A stretch of DNA of 64,000 nt. Origin: Spirochaetales bacterium (lineage in GTDB: Bacteria > Spirochaetota > Spirochaetia > JABEVK01). Shown here piece after piece: positions 56,334-64,000 of this stretch. The stretch spans positions 1-64,000 of the forward strand of contig JBAXAI010000005.1 of the NCBI GenBank assembly GCA_037142615.1, given 5' to 3'. The position numbers and the translations under genes are program-made. Below the pieces are notes generated by a model. It had not been told where the DNA came from. It was given only the letters and a program-made list of their open reading frames with translations, and ran no database searches. Positions within the stretch are counted from its first letter, which is position 1; each line of letters begins with the position of its first letter.

Positions 56334-56635
56334 TTGAGCCTCCTGTTGATCGTCACCGGGCGCACCGATTTGTGGAGCACGAAGAAGTCGATCCACTTGC
56401 TGACAATGTCCTTGGCTCGGGCCCTGACAACCTCCTCAAAGTATCGCATTTCCTGAGGCTCAAGGAAAGGTCTGCCAGTCACCTCCCGAAACTCGATGCC
56501 AGAAACCACGCCGCCGACTATCGTGATTTCCGCCCGGGCCTCGCGCCCTTGAGCCTTTCCGTGAACATGAATCGGGTCGTGCTCGTTGGCGTAGAACATG
56601 ATGATTAGCCCGAAGTACTCATACAGTTTTGGCAT
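56330..56635 (-). CDS. DUF4160-like protein (putative TA component)
   Basis: MPKLYEYFGLIIMFYANEHDPIHVH...IVSKW..FF; GGAGG RBS. Confidence 0.8.
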   Translation of the reverse strand: MPKLYEYFGLIIMFYANEHDPIHVHGKAQGREARAEITIVGGVVSGIEFREVTGRPFLEPQEMRYFEEVVRARAKDIVSKWIDFFVLHKSVRPVTINRRLK

Positions 56636-56684
56636 ACCGTCCTCCGCAAGGAGAAACGGGGTGATCAACCTTCCTGCTTCAACG

Positions 56685-56995
56685 TCAGCCCAGTTTCTTC
56701 AACTTTTCCACCACAGCCATGGTCACCACGCTCACACGCGTCACTTTGCCCAGTCATGCGACAACTTCGTCGAGGTGGTCGACGGCGCTGCGGTGGCCGA
56801 GTTTGTACGTCCACGCTTCGGGTGGGAAGCCGGTGACGACCAGTTTGCTGGTGGGGGTTTCAAACTCCACCCGACCGGCGGCTTGGTCCACCCGCTGCAC
56901 GGTCTTGGCCTTGCTGACGTTGGGAATCAGCTCGTCGCTGGCAGGGTTGGGCGGTCTCGAAGCCGATGTGCGCGTCCATGAGCGTTTCTCCTGCC
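56685..56995 (-). pseudogene. Decayed C-terminal fragment of a type ISP-like restriction-modification enzyme
   Basis: GETLMDAHIGFETAQP, a frameshift, then ...TGFPPEAWTYKLGHRSA-VDHLDEVVA*LGKVTRVSVVTMAVVEKL*. This resembles the type ISP specificity-domain C-terminus, with an internal stop at 56756-56754. Confidence 0.6.
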
Positions 56996-57310
56996 GCCTT
57001 CCAATTCAGTGGAGACGATGCCGACAAGCGCATCAGCGTGCTCTCCGGCGGCGAAAAGAGCCGCGTGATGCTCGCCTGCCTGCTGGCCAGCCCCGTCAAC
57101 TTCCTGGTGCTCGACGAACCCACCAACCACCTCGACATCGCCAGCCGCGAGGTGCTTCTCGAGGCCCTGCAAGACTTTGAAGGCACCGTAATGATCGTCA
57201 GCCACGACCGGTACTTCCTGAAGCACCTGGCCAACCGCGTGTTCGAGATCGACCACGGCGCGCTGCGCGTGTACGAAGGCCGCTACGAGGAATATCTGGA
57301 GAGCCGAGGG
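56996..57310 (+). repeat. 315-bp direct repeat, copy 2 (orphan ABC-F 3' end, reads ...ESRGSGD*)
   Basis: Offset 1696 bp from copy 1; no 5' part of the gene precedes it. Confidence 0.95.
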
Positions 57311-57371
57311 AGCGGAGATTGAGTTGACAACAGCGTTCCTGGAACTCAAAGTTGAACCTGAAGGAGGTTCC

Positions 57372-58127
57372 ATGAGACGTATCCTTTTGGTTCTCCTGGG
57401 GCTGATTGTCACCGGTAGCGTCTTCGGGCAGACCAAGGTCACGGTTTATGCCGATGACGGCTATTTCCCCTATTCCTACATGGAAGGGACTTCGGCGAGG
57501 GGGGCCTACATCGACATTGTCTTGGCGGCAGCGGCCCAACTCAAAGGCTACACGGTCGAGATCGTACCGCTCCCCTGGAAACGGTGTCTGAACCTGATGG
57601 AGCGGGGCGAAGCCTTTGCCATTTTGCCCCCCTACAAGCGTCCTGGACTGAGGCCGTGGATGGACTACCAGCTCAAGCTGTACGACGAGAAGATCGTGCT
57701 GTTCCTAAACGCCCAGGGGCCTAAAATGACACGGTGGCCCCAAGATTTTGTGGGCAAGACGGTGGGGGAAGCCGCTGGGTGGGCCAATCTTGACGCCTTT
57801 AGGGGCCAAGTCAAAATCGAGTTCGCCCAGTCCAACAAGATTGGCCTCTTGAAACTGGAGGCAAAGCGCAACGATGCCTATTTGATGGACGAAACGGTGG
57901 GCCTGTTGGCGATCAAGGAACTCAGGGCCGCGGGAGCCATCAACGCCAAAACCTCGTTCGTGATCGGCCCAACAGTCAGCACCGAAGAGGCCTTCCTTTC
58001 CCTGACCAACGTGGCCACTGCCAAGTTCCCCTTCAAAAACGACTTCGCCAAGCAGATGCAGGGCATTCTGGGCAGAATGACCGCTTCCGGAGAGATCAAG
58101 AAGATCGTTGCCAACTACACCAACTGA
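57372..58127 (+). CDS. Solute-binding protein family 3 (amino-acid type), stand-alone
   Basis: AAGGAGG RBS; signal peptide; YFPYSY, PWKRCL..ME.G. Confidence 0.85.
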   Translation: MRRILLVLLGLIVTGSVFGQTKVTVYADDGYFPYSYMEGTSARGAYIDIVLAAAAQLKGYTVEIVPLPWKRCLNLMERGEAFAILPPYKRPGLRPWMDYQLKLYDEKIVLFLNAQGPKMTRWPQDFVGKTVGEAAGWANLDAFRGQVKIEFAQSNKIGLLKLEAKRNDAYLMDETVGLLAIKELRAAGAINAKTSFVIGPTVSTEEAFLSLTNVATAKFPFKNDFAKQMQGILGRMTASGEIKKIVANYTN

Positions 58128-58162
58128 GCGAACTTCGAAGGGGGCAGCCCCGTGGCTCAGCC

Positions 58163-58197
58163 TTGACACCATGATGCGATGATGTCATGATGTTCCT
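58163..58197 (+). promoter_or_regulatory. Leaderless vapBC promoter with ATGATG repeats (RHH operator candidate)
   Basis: TTGACA(58163)-17 nt-CATGAT(58186)-6 nt-ATG; three ATGATG units between the boxes and across the -10. Confidence 0.7.
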
Positions 58198-58419
58198 ATG
58201 CGAACCACCCTCAGTATCGACGATGATATTTTTGCCGCCGCCAAAAGCATGGCTTTGCTCAAAAACATCGCCCTCGGTACCGCTCTGAGCGAGCTGGCCC
58301 GTGCGGGCCTGAATCAACGGACCTCGTACCCCGAAGGCGACCTGCCGACGTTCTCGGTCTCGGAAAAGGCCCCGGTCTTTGGCCTTCGCGAGGTGCAGGC
58401 CGCCGAGGACGACCTTTGA
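58198..58419 (+). CDS. vapB: VapB-like RHH antitoxin
   Basis: MRTTLSIDDDIFAAAK..A......G..LSELAR.GL; overlaps the PIN gene. Confidence 0.85.
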   Translation: MRTTLSIDDDIFAAAKSMALLKNIALGTALSELARAGLNQRTSYPEGDLPTFSVSEKAPVFGLREVQAAEDDL

Positions 58420-58850
58420 CGGTGCCGACAGCTTACTTGTTGGACGTGAACTTTCTGGTGGCCTTGGCGTGGCCCAACCACACCAGCCACGCTGCGGCCC
58501 GGGCCTGGTTTCATGAGCATCGGGCCCAGCCCTTTGCCACCTGCCCGATCACAGAATCAGGCTTTGTCCGCCTTTCCATGAACCCTTTGGTGGTTGGTCA
58601 GCAGGTGTCGCTTTCGGCAGCGCTGGAGCTACTGGGTCAGTATCAGGCGAAGTTCTCCTTTCGTTTCTTGGCCGACGACTTGCCCCTGTCCGCGCTGGCC
58701 GCTTACCGGAACATTTCGGGCCACCGCCAGGTGAACGATGCGTACCTGCTCGCCTTGGCCGCCTCGAAGTCCGGAGCGCTCGTTACCTTCGACGGGGGCA
58801 TCGCCGAACGTGGCCCAAGCGAGTATCGAGACTGCCTCGTCGTGGTGTGA
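58416..58850 (+). CDS. vapC: VapC PIN-domain toxin
   Basis: LLDVNFLVAL, TCPITESGFVR, QVNDAYLLALA, LVTFD. Confidence 0.9.
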   Translation: MTVPTAYLLDVNFLVALAWPNHTSHAAARAWFHEHRAQPFATCPITESGFVRLSMNPLVVGQQVSLSAALELLGQYQAKFSFRFLADDLPLSALAAYRNISGHRQVNDAYLLALAASKSGALVTFDGGIAERGPSEYRDCLVVV

Positions 58851-58858
58851 TCAGTTTC

Positions 58859-58907
58859 CCGCAAGTCTGTTGCGGATAACTGCCATTTTTCCGCAGCAGA
58901 CTTGCGG
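58859..58907. promoter_or_regulatory. 18-bp inverted repeat between vapC and the AAA ATPase gene
   Basis: CCGCAAGTCTGTTGCGGA / TCCGCAGCAGACTTGCGG (one mismatch). Confidence 0.5.
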
Positions 58908-58936
58908 AAATCCGGATTTGATGCGAAACTTGGACG

Positions 58937-60115
58937 ATGACTCTTTCACGCCGCCTTGACCTTCGCTCTGCGGTCGCCCAGCGGAGCATCCTGTTACTCG
59001 GACCCCGTCAAACCGGCAAATCGACTTTGCTCCGCGAAACCTTTCCCCACGCACCGAGTTTCAATCTGCTGCACACCGACGTGTTTTTCCGCTTTCAGTC
59101 CGACCCTTCCCGTCTGCGGCAGGAAATCCGTCAGCTCCCCGCCTCCGACGAACCCATCATCATCGACGAAGTGCAAAAGCTTCCCATTCTTCTGGACGAA
59201 GTGCAGGCGATGATCGATACCGGCCCCCGGCGGTTCATTCTGACGGGATCGTCGGCGCGCAAACTGAAGGCCGGTGGAGCCAACCTGCTGGGCGGGCGGG
59301 CGCGCTTGCGGAATCTGTTCCCGTTTGTGTCGAGCGAGGTAGCCAATCTTACCAACTCTCCCGCGAGCTTTGACCTCGAAAAAGCCCTTGCTTACGGAAT
59401 GTTGCCGCCCGTGTGGTTGTCTGATGCGCCGCAGGAAGATTTGGAAGCCTACTGTGGCACCTACCTCAAAGAGGAGATCCAAGCCGAAGCCTTGGTGCGT
59501 CGGCTCGACGGATTCTCGCGGTTCTTGAAAGTGGCGAGCCTCAGCAACGCGCTCGAGCTGAACTTCGAGTCGCTGGCCCGCGATTGCGGGGTGCCCGCGC
59601 GCACCGTGCGCGAATACGCGTCCATCCTGACCGACACGCTGGTGGCCACTTTACTCGAACCGTGGCGCCAAGGCACCAAGCGAAAACCGGTCTCGAGCGC
59701 CAAGCTGTACTTTTTTGACGTGGGAGTGGCCCGGGTGTTGGCGCAACGCAAGCCCGCGCAGGCCGAGTCGCGCGAGTGGGGCCTGGCGCTGGAGCAACTG
59801 ATTTTTCAGGAGTTGCGCGCGTGGGTGGCGTACGACGGGCAAAACCGACCCCTGACGTATTGGCGCACCACCGATGGCCGCGAAGTGGACTTTGTGGTGG
59901 GCGACGAGTTGGCCGTCGAAGTCAAAGCAACGCGAAAAGTAACCGAACCCGACCTCAAAGGCCTGCGCGAGATCGCCCACGAGGGACCGTGGAAGGCGCG
60001 CGTCGTAGTGTGCCAGGAACCGGTTGCCCGCCAAACCGACGACGGCATCGTGGTGCTGCCTGTGCACGACTTTCTGGCTCGGTTGTGGGCCGGGGCTTGG
60101 CTCTCGTCCTCATAA
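58937..60115 (+). CDS. AAA_14 ATPase with DUF4143 / restriction-endonuclease-like C-terminus
   Basis: GPRQTGKST, IDEVQK, LTGSS, KLYFFDVG, EVDFV...EVK. Confidence 0.88.
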   Translation: MTLSRRLDLRSAVAQRSILLLGPRQTGKSTLLRETFPHAPSFNLLHTDVFFRFQSDPSRLRQEIRQLPASDEPIIIDEVQKLPILLDEVQAMIDTGPRRFILTGSSARKLKAGGANLLGGRARLRNLFPFVSSEVANLTNSPASFDLEKALAYGMLPPVWLSDAPQEDLEAYCGTYLKEEIQAEALVRRLDGFSRFLKVASLSNALELNFESLARDCGVPARTVREYASILTDTLVATLLEPWRQGTKRKPVSSAKLYFFDVGVARVLAQRKPAQAESREWGLALEQLIFQELRAWVAYDGQNRPLTYWRTTDGREVDFVVGDELAVEVKATRKVTEPDLKGLREIAHEGPWKARVVVCQEPVARQTDDGIVVLPVHDFLARLWAGAWLSSS

Positions 60116-60135
60116 AGTTATAGATTGTAACTGTT

Positions 60136-60612
60136 ATGAGTGGTAATCAAACACAGCCCTCCCTTGAGTCCGTCCTCGACGAAATCTTTGTGGTCATTCC
60201 GCAGTTTTCGCGTCACCTGCGCACCATGGGTGGGCATTTGCTCGAGGGCTGTTCGCTGACCAAGGCGCATATGTCGGTACTCTCTGGACTGCACTTTGCC
60301 GGGCCCCAGACTATGACCGAGCTCTCCAAGCTGCAGGCCATCGCCAAACCCAACCTCACCGTCCTGGTCGACAAGCTGGAATCGCTGGGGTTGGTGAATC
60401 GCCAAAACGACCCTGCCGACAGGCGGGTGGTCCGACTGCAGCTCACGACCAAGGGAGAGGCTCAACTCGAAGAGTACCGAGGGGCCGTGCGCCAAGTGGC
60501 CCGCCGGGGCCTTCAAGCGTATTCCGCCCAGGAGATCGTTGATCTCCATACTGCTCTCGCCTCCTTGAGACTTCTCATGGAGCGACACGTCTTCAAGGAA
60601 GAAAATCCATGA
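60136..60612 (+). CDS. MarR-family regulator
   Basis: wHTH with DPADRR...LTTKG; AGTTA-N7-TAACT palindrome at 60116-60132. Confidence 0.9.
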   Translation: MSGNQTQPSLESVLDEIFVVIPQFSRHLRTMGGHLLEGCSLTKAHMSVLSGLHFAGPQTMTELSKLQAIAKPNLTVLVDKLESLGLVNRQNDPADRRVVRLQLTTKGEAQLEEYRGAVRQVARRGLQAYSAQEIVDLHTALASLRLLMERHVFKEENP

Positions 60613-62351
60613 CCCAGACTTTACCGGCCCCCGGGGAACTTTCGGCCCAGCGCAAACGCTGGGTGCTGATCGGCGTTCTCGTGGGCATGTTCCTCGGTTC
60701 GCTCACCGGAACCATCATCAGCACGGCCATGCCGCGCATCCTGGCCGACCTGCAGGGGATGGAATACATCTCGTGGGCGATGACGGCCTACATGCTCACC
60801 AGCACATTGGCGATGCCCATTTTTGGCAAATTGGCCGACATGTATGGGCGCAAATGGTTCTACCTCGGTGGAATCGCGATCTTCCTGGTGGGATCCATTT
60901 TGTGTGGCTTTGCGACCGACATGACCCAGTTCATCGCCTTTCGGGCCGTCGCCGGTATCGGCGGGGGAATCATGCAGGCCATCGCCATGACCATCATTGC
61001 CGACCTTTTTCCACCGGCCGAGCGCGGCAAATACCAGGGACTCTTGGGTGGCGTGTTCGGACTCGCCAGCGTGATCGGCCCCCTTTTGGGCGGCTGGATC
61101 ACCGACAACATGACGTGGAACTGGGTGTTTTGGGTGAACCTTCCGGTGGGAATCACGGCTCTCGTCATCCTGGGGCTCGGCCTGCCAGCGGTGAACAAAC
61201 ACTACCTGACGCCCAGTGCCCAAAAGCCCCGCATCGACTGGTGGGGCATCGTGTTCCAGATTCTGGCGTTCACCCCCATGCTTGTCGCCTTCAGCTGGGC
61301 GGGAAGCAAATACGAATGGCTGTCGCCCGAAATCCTCAGCTTGCTCGGGTTTTCGTTGGTGATGGTCGTCATTTTCTTGGTGGTGGAATCCAAGGCCCAA
61401 GAGCCGATTGTTCCCCTGAGCCTGTTTAGGAACGGCATTTTCAACGTTTCGGTGATCACGGGTTTTTTGATGTCGATCGGCATGTTCGGCGGAATCATGT
61501 ACCTGCCCATGTTTCTGCAGGGGGTGGTGGGCCAAACCGCCACCAACTCGGGCTTGGCCATGGCGCCGATGATGGTCGCCTTGATCATCGCGTCGGCCGT
61601 GGGTGGCCAACTGGTGAGCCGGACGGGCCGGTACAAAATCGTCGGCCTCGTGGGTTTCAGTTTGATGCTGCTGGCCGAAATCCTGTTCTCACTGATGACG
61701 GTGCAGTCCGACGGTCTGACCGTTTCCATCGACATGATTGTGATGGGCCTGGGGCTCGGCCTGTGTATGCCGGTGTTCGTCGTCGCCTGCCAGAGCGCCT
61801 TTCCGCACAAACAAGTCGGGGTCGTCACGTCGAGCCTTCAGTTCTTCCGCTCCATTGGCGGCACCTTCGGAATCGCCCTGATGGGTTCGCTGCTCAACAG
61901 CCAGTTCAAAGTCGAGGCCGCCGCCGCCCTCCCCGCTTCGATCGCCAAACTGATCCCCGCCGACAAGAGGGACCAGTTTTTGACCCCGCAGGCGTTGTTC
62001 AGCCCCTCGACCAAGACTAGCTTTGAGGCCAAGGCAGCGGCTTTTCCCGGCGGCAAAGACCTCGTCGACACGATGTTCACTTCGTTCAAGCAGGCGTTTG
62101 CCGATTCGGTGCACCACATCTTTTTCATCAGCATCTTCATCGTGGCAGCGGCGCTTCTGGTGACGTTCTTTTTGAAGGAGATCCCGTTGCGCAAGACCAA
62201 CCGACCCGCAGCCGAAGAAGCCGGTGCGGAACTGCTCGCCGAGGGAGTTGCCGGGCCAGGGCCGATTCCTGCCGAGTTCGAGCCCGATTTGGGCGAGGGA
62301 ACTACCGAGGAAGGCGCGGCCGGACCGTCCACGCGTAAAACACGCAAATAA
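60609..62351 (+). CDS. DHA2 (EmrB/QacA-type) MFS efflux pump
   Basis: GKLADMYGRK, GPLLGGWITD..W.WVFWVNLP, EPIVPLSLF. Confidence 0.92.
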   Translation: MTQTLPAPGELSAQRKRWVLIGVLVGMFLGSLTGTIISTAMPRILADLQGMEYISWAMTAYMLTSTLAMPIFGKLADMYGRKWFYLGGIAIFLVGSILCGFATDMTQFIAFRAVAGIGGGIMQAIAMTIIADLFPPAERGKYQGLLGGVFGLASVIGPLLGGWITDNMTWNWVFWVNLPVGITALVILGLGLPAVNKHYLTPSAQKPRIDWWGIVFQILAFTPMLVAFSWAGSKYEWLSPEILSLLGFSLVMVVIFLVVESKAQEPIVPLSLFRNGIFNVSVITGFLMSIGMFGGIMYLPMFLQGVVGQTATNSGLAMAPMMVALIIASAVGGQLVSRTGRYKIVGLVGFSLMLLAEILFSLMTVQSDGLTVSIDMIVMGLGLGLCMPVFVVACQSAFPHKQVGVVTSSLQFFRSIGGTFGIALMGSLLNSQFKVEAAAALPASIAKLIPADKRDQFLTPQALFSPSTKTSFEAKAAAFPGGKDLVDTMFTSFKQAFADSVHHIFFISIFIVAAALLVTFFLKEIPLRKTNRPAAEEAGAELLAEGVAGPGPIPAEFEPDLGEGTTEEGAAGPSTRKTRK

Positions 62352-63612
62352 CCGTGGCGATGGCCCCGATGGCGAGCAACAGCGCCCCATCGGTCATCGC
62401 CTGGGCGTCGAGAATTCTGCCCACCAAAACGGCACCAACGGCGCCGGCGAGAAACCCCGACAAGTTGAACACGCCCATTCCCACACCGATCTCGCTTTCG
62501 GGCAGAATGCGCGACACACCGTTCACCAACCCCGTGTTGAAAAACGTCAGCCCGGCAAACAGCACGGTCAAAAGCGCCGCAAACACCCACAACGGCTGGC
62601 CAAGGGCCAGCGGGCTTGCCAGCAGGCTGCCGCACAGAAAAATCAGCCCTACGGTCAGCACCAGCTGGTTGCCCCGTTTGTCGGCCAGGCGACCGGCAAA
62701 CGGCCCGAGGAACACCCCGCTGATAGCGCCGGGAAACAGCACCAGGCCGATTCCTTGCGAGTCGAGCCCGTTGGCGCGGTGCAGCATCAAGGGAATCAGG
62801 AAGTTCAGCCCGACGAAGGCTCCAAACAAAACAAAGGTGGTGATCACGGCGGCCCGGAACGGTCGGATCTGGAACAATTTCGGGTCAACGAAGGGCTCTT
62901 TGGCCGTCAGGATCCGGGCCACAAAGCCCGTCACCAGCAGCAGACCGGCGACCAAGAAACTCCAGTGAGGATACGTGAGCCACACGATGAGGGATGACAA
63001 CCCGAATACCAGAAGGGCGGCACCCAGGTAGTCGAGGTTGCCGGGTTTGGTAGGTTCCTTGGGCAATACTTTGAGCAAAAACGGGAAGGCAATCAACGTG
63101 AGCACAGGAATCAGGAACAGCCAGGCCCAATGCAGGCGAGCGGTGACCAACCCACCCAACACCGGGCCAATGCCAGCCCCGAACGAAATGACCGACCCCA
63201 GCGAGCCAAACAGCTGGCCGCGCACCTCGGGCGCGAAGTAGCGGGCGATGATGACCGTGACGAGCGCGGGCAGGGCCGAACCACCGATGCCTTGCAGGGC
63301 CCGCGAAAACAGAACGGTCGCGTAAGACCCCTGCAAGGCGAACCCCAGCACCGAACCGGCCGCGTAGACAAGGATGCCGATGGACAGAAGGCGCCGGATG
63401 CTGAACAGGTCCGATAGCCGCCCAAAGATGATGGTTCCCACCCCAAAAAACAGGATGAACATGGTGCCCATCCAGCTGACTTCGGTGGAGGTCAGGTGAA
63501 ACTCGGCGAGAATAGCGGGGGTCGATACGCCGAACACGGTTTCGTTCAGCACGGAAAAGAAGACGAGGTAGAGGATCCAAGGGAGTGTCTTTTTGACATT
63601 CAGGGTGAGCAT
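62302..63612 (-). CDS. MFS transporter, Tet(K)/Tet(L)-like
   Basis: FFSVLNE...VS.P.I..EF......W....F.L.F.VG..IFGRLSD and PFVDPKLF resemble TetK/L. Confidence 0.75.
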   Translation of the reverse strand: MLTLNVKKTLPWILYLVFFSVLNETVFGVSTPAILAEFHLTSTEVSWMGTMFILFFGVGTIIFGRLSDLFSIRRLLSIGILVYAAGSVLGFALQGSYATVLFSRALQGIGGSALPALVTVIIARYFAPEVRGQLFGSLGSVISFGAGIGPVLGGLVTARLHWAWLFLIPVLTLIAFPFLLKVLPKEPTKPGNLDYLGAALLVFGLSSLIVWLTYPHWSFLVAGLLLVTGFVARILTAKEPFVDPKLFQIRPFRAAVITTFVLFGAFVGLNFLIPLMLHRANGLDSQGIGLVLFPGAISGVFLGPFAGRLADKRGNQLVLTVGLIFLCGSLLASPLALGQPLWVFAALLTVLFAGLTFFNTGLVNGVSRILPESEIGVGMGVFNLSGFLAGAVGAVLVGRILDAQAMTDGALLLAIGAIATVICVFYAWTVRPRLPR

Positions 63613-63637
63613 TTCGTCAATATACAGCTTTTGCTTT

Positions 63638-64000
63638 CTACTTCGCTTTCAACATCAGCATCTGAAGTTTCTTGATCGAGACGATGGTTCGCTTCGAGGA
63701 CTTTCCAAAAGGTGACGAAGGCGCCAACAACCGGTCGGCGGTGGCCGCCGAGCCATTGCGAGCGGCATCCGCTGCCAACCGGTGGAACTCGGCATGCGAG
63801 GTGACCAACCGCTGAAAAACGGGGTTGGCCGAAAGGCTTTCGCCCTCGCCATGGATCCACTCGCCCAAAGGGCACTTGTCGTCGCGCGCTACCACATCCA
63901 GGGCGACCTCGAGGGCCTTCTTGCCGCTCAAATGGTCGGCAAGCCGCACCTTCCATTGTTCATGCGCGTAGATGGCCTTGTTCAGGTCGATGGTCCCGAG
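63638..64000 (-). CDS. C-terminal CZB (chemoreceptor zinc-binding) domain; 5' part lies outside the window
   Basis: Frame is open to the window edge: IDLNKAIYAHEQWK...DDKCPLGEW...HAEFHRLA. Confidence 0.85.
   Translation of the reverse strand, partial: LGTIDLNKAIYAHEQWKVRLADHLSGKKALEVALDVVARDDKCPLGEWIHGEGESLSANPVFQRLVTSHAEFHRLAADAARNGSAATADRLLAPSSPFGKSSKRTIVSIKKLQMLMLKAK

Noticed and set aside
56966-57322. 118-aa ABC-like ORF
   Set aside because: It is the duplicated 3' fragment of ABC-F with no Walker A, not an independent gene.
1-64000. CRISPR arrays, tRNA/rRNA genes, transposases or integrases, and the many long overlapping antisense ORFs
   Set aside because: I saw no spaced repeat array, RNA gene signature or recombinase motif by eye. 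Long shadow ORFs are expected at this GC content and lack motifs.

Overview
GC-rich bacterial chromosomal window. The host is probably a spirochaete; this is inferred from CheX, a TatT-associated TRAP (TPAT) transporter and an omptin, and is not proven. The left end (1-~9.2 kb) is a defence island. It holds the first two genes of a BREX type-6-like operon (brxE, brxA) running off the window, a divergent 683-aa HTH-like/ankyrin protein, and an unannotated 52-aa Asn/Asp-rich microprotein with two NPNN repeats. These are followed by a convergent 1070-aa PLD(HKD)-nuclease/SF2-helicase fusion, a secreted repeat protein and a mobile-mystery A/B (HTH + Fic) pair. The middle is mostly housekeeping and signalling: DGC, GH13, CheA-like/CheX/CheY, ROK regulator, RRM protein with a structured leader, CrcB, TrmH, omptin, ROK kinase-ppx-ppk1, ribA and dbpA. 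It also has two unusual metabolic loci. One is a TPAT transporter operon with three lipid-modifying enzymes embedded in it, facing an SDR + FAD-oxidase fusion. The other is a rare-sugar cluster with a D-psicose 3-epimerase. Near 55-59 kb a 315-bp direct repeat of the 3' end of an ABC-F gene brackets TA genes and a decayed type ISP R-M fragment. About ten genes appear to be transcribed leaderless. I saw no tRNA, rRNA, CRISPR array or transposase/integrase. All family calls come from motif recognition; no database search was run.
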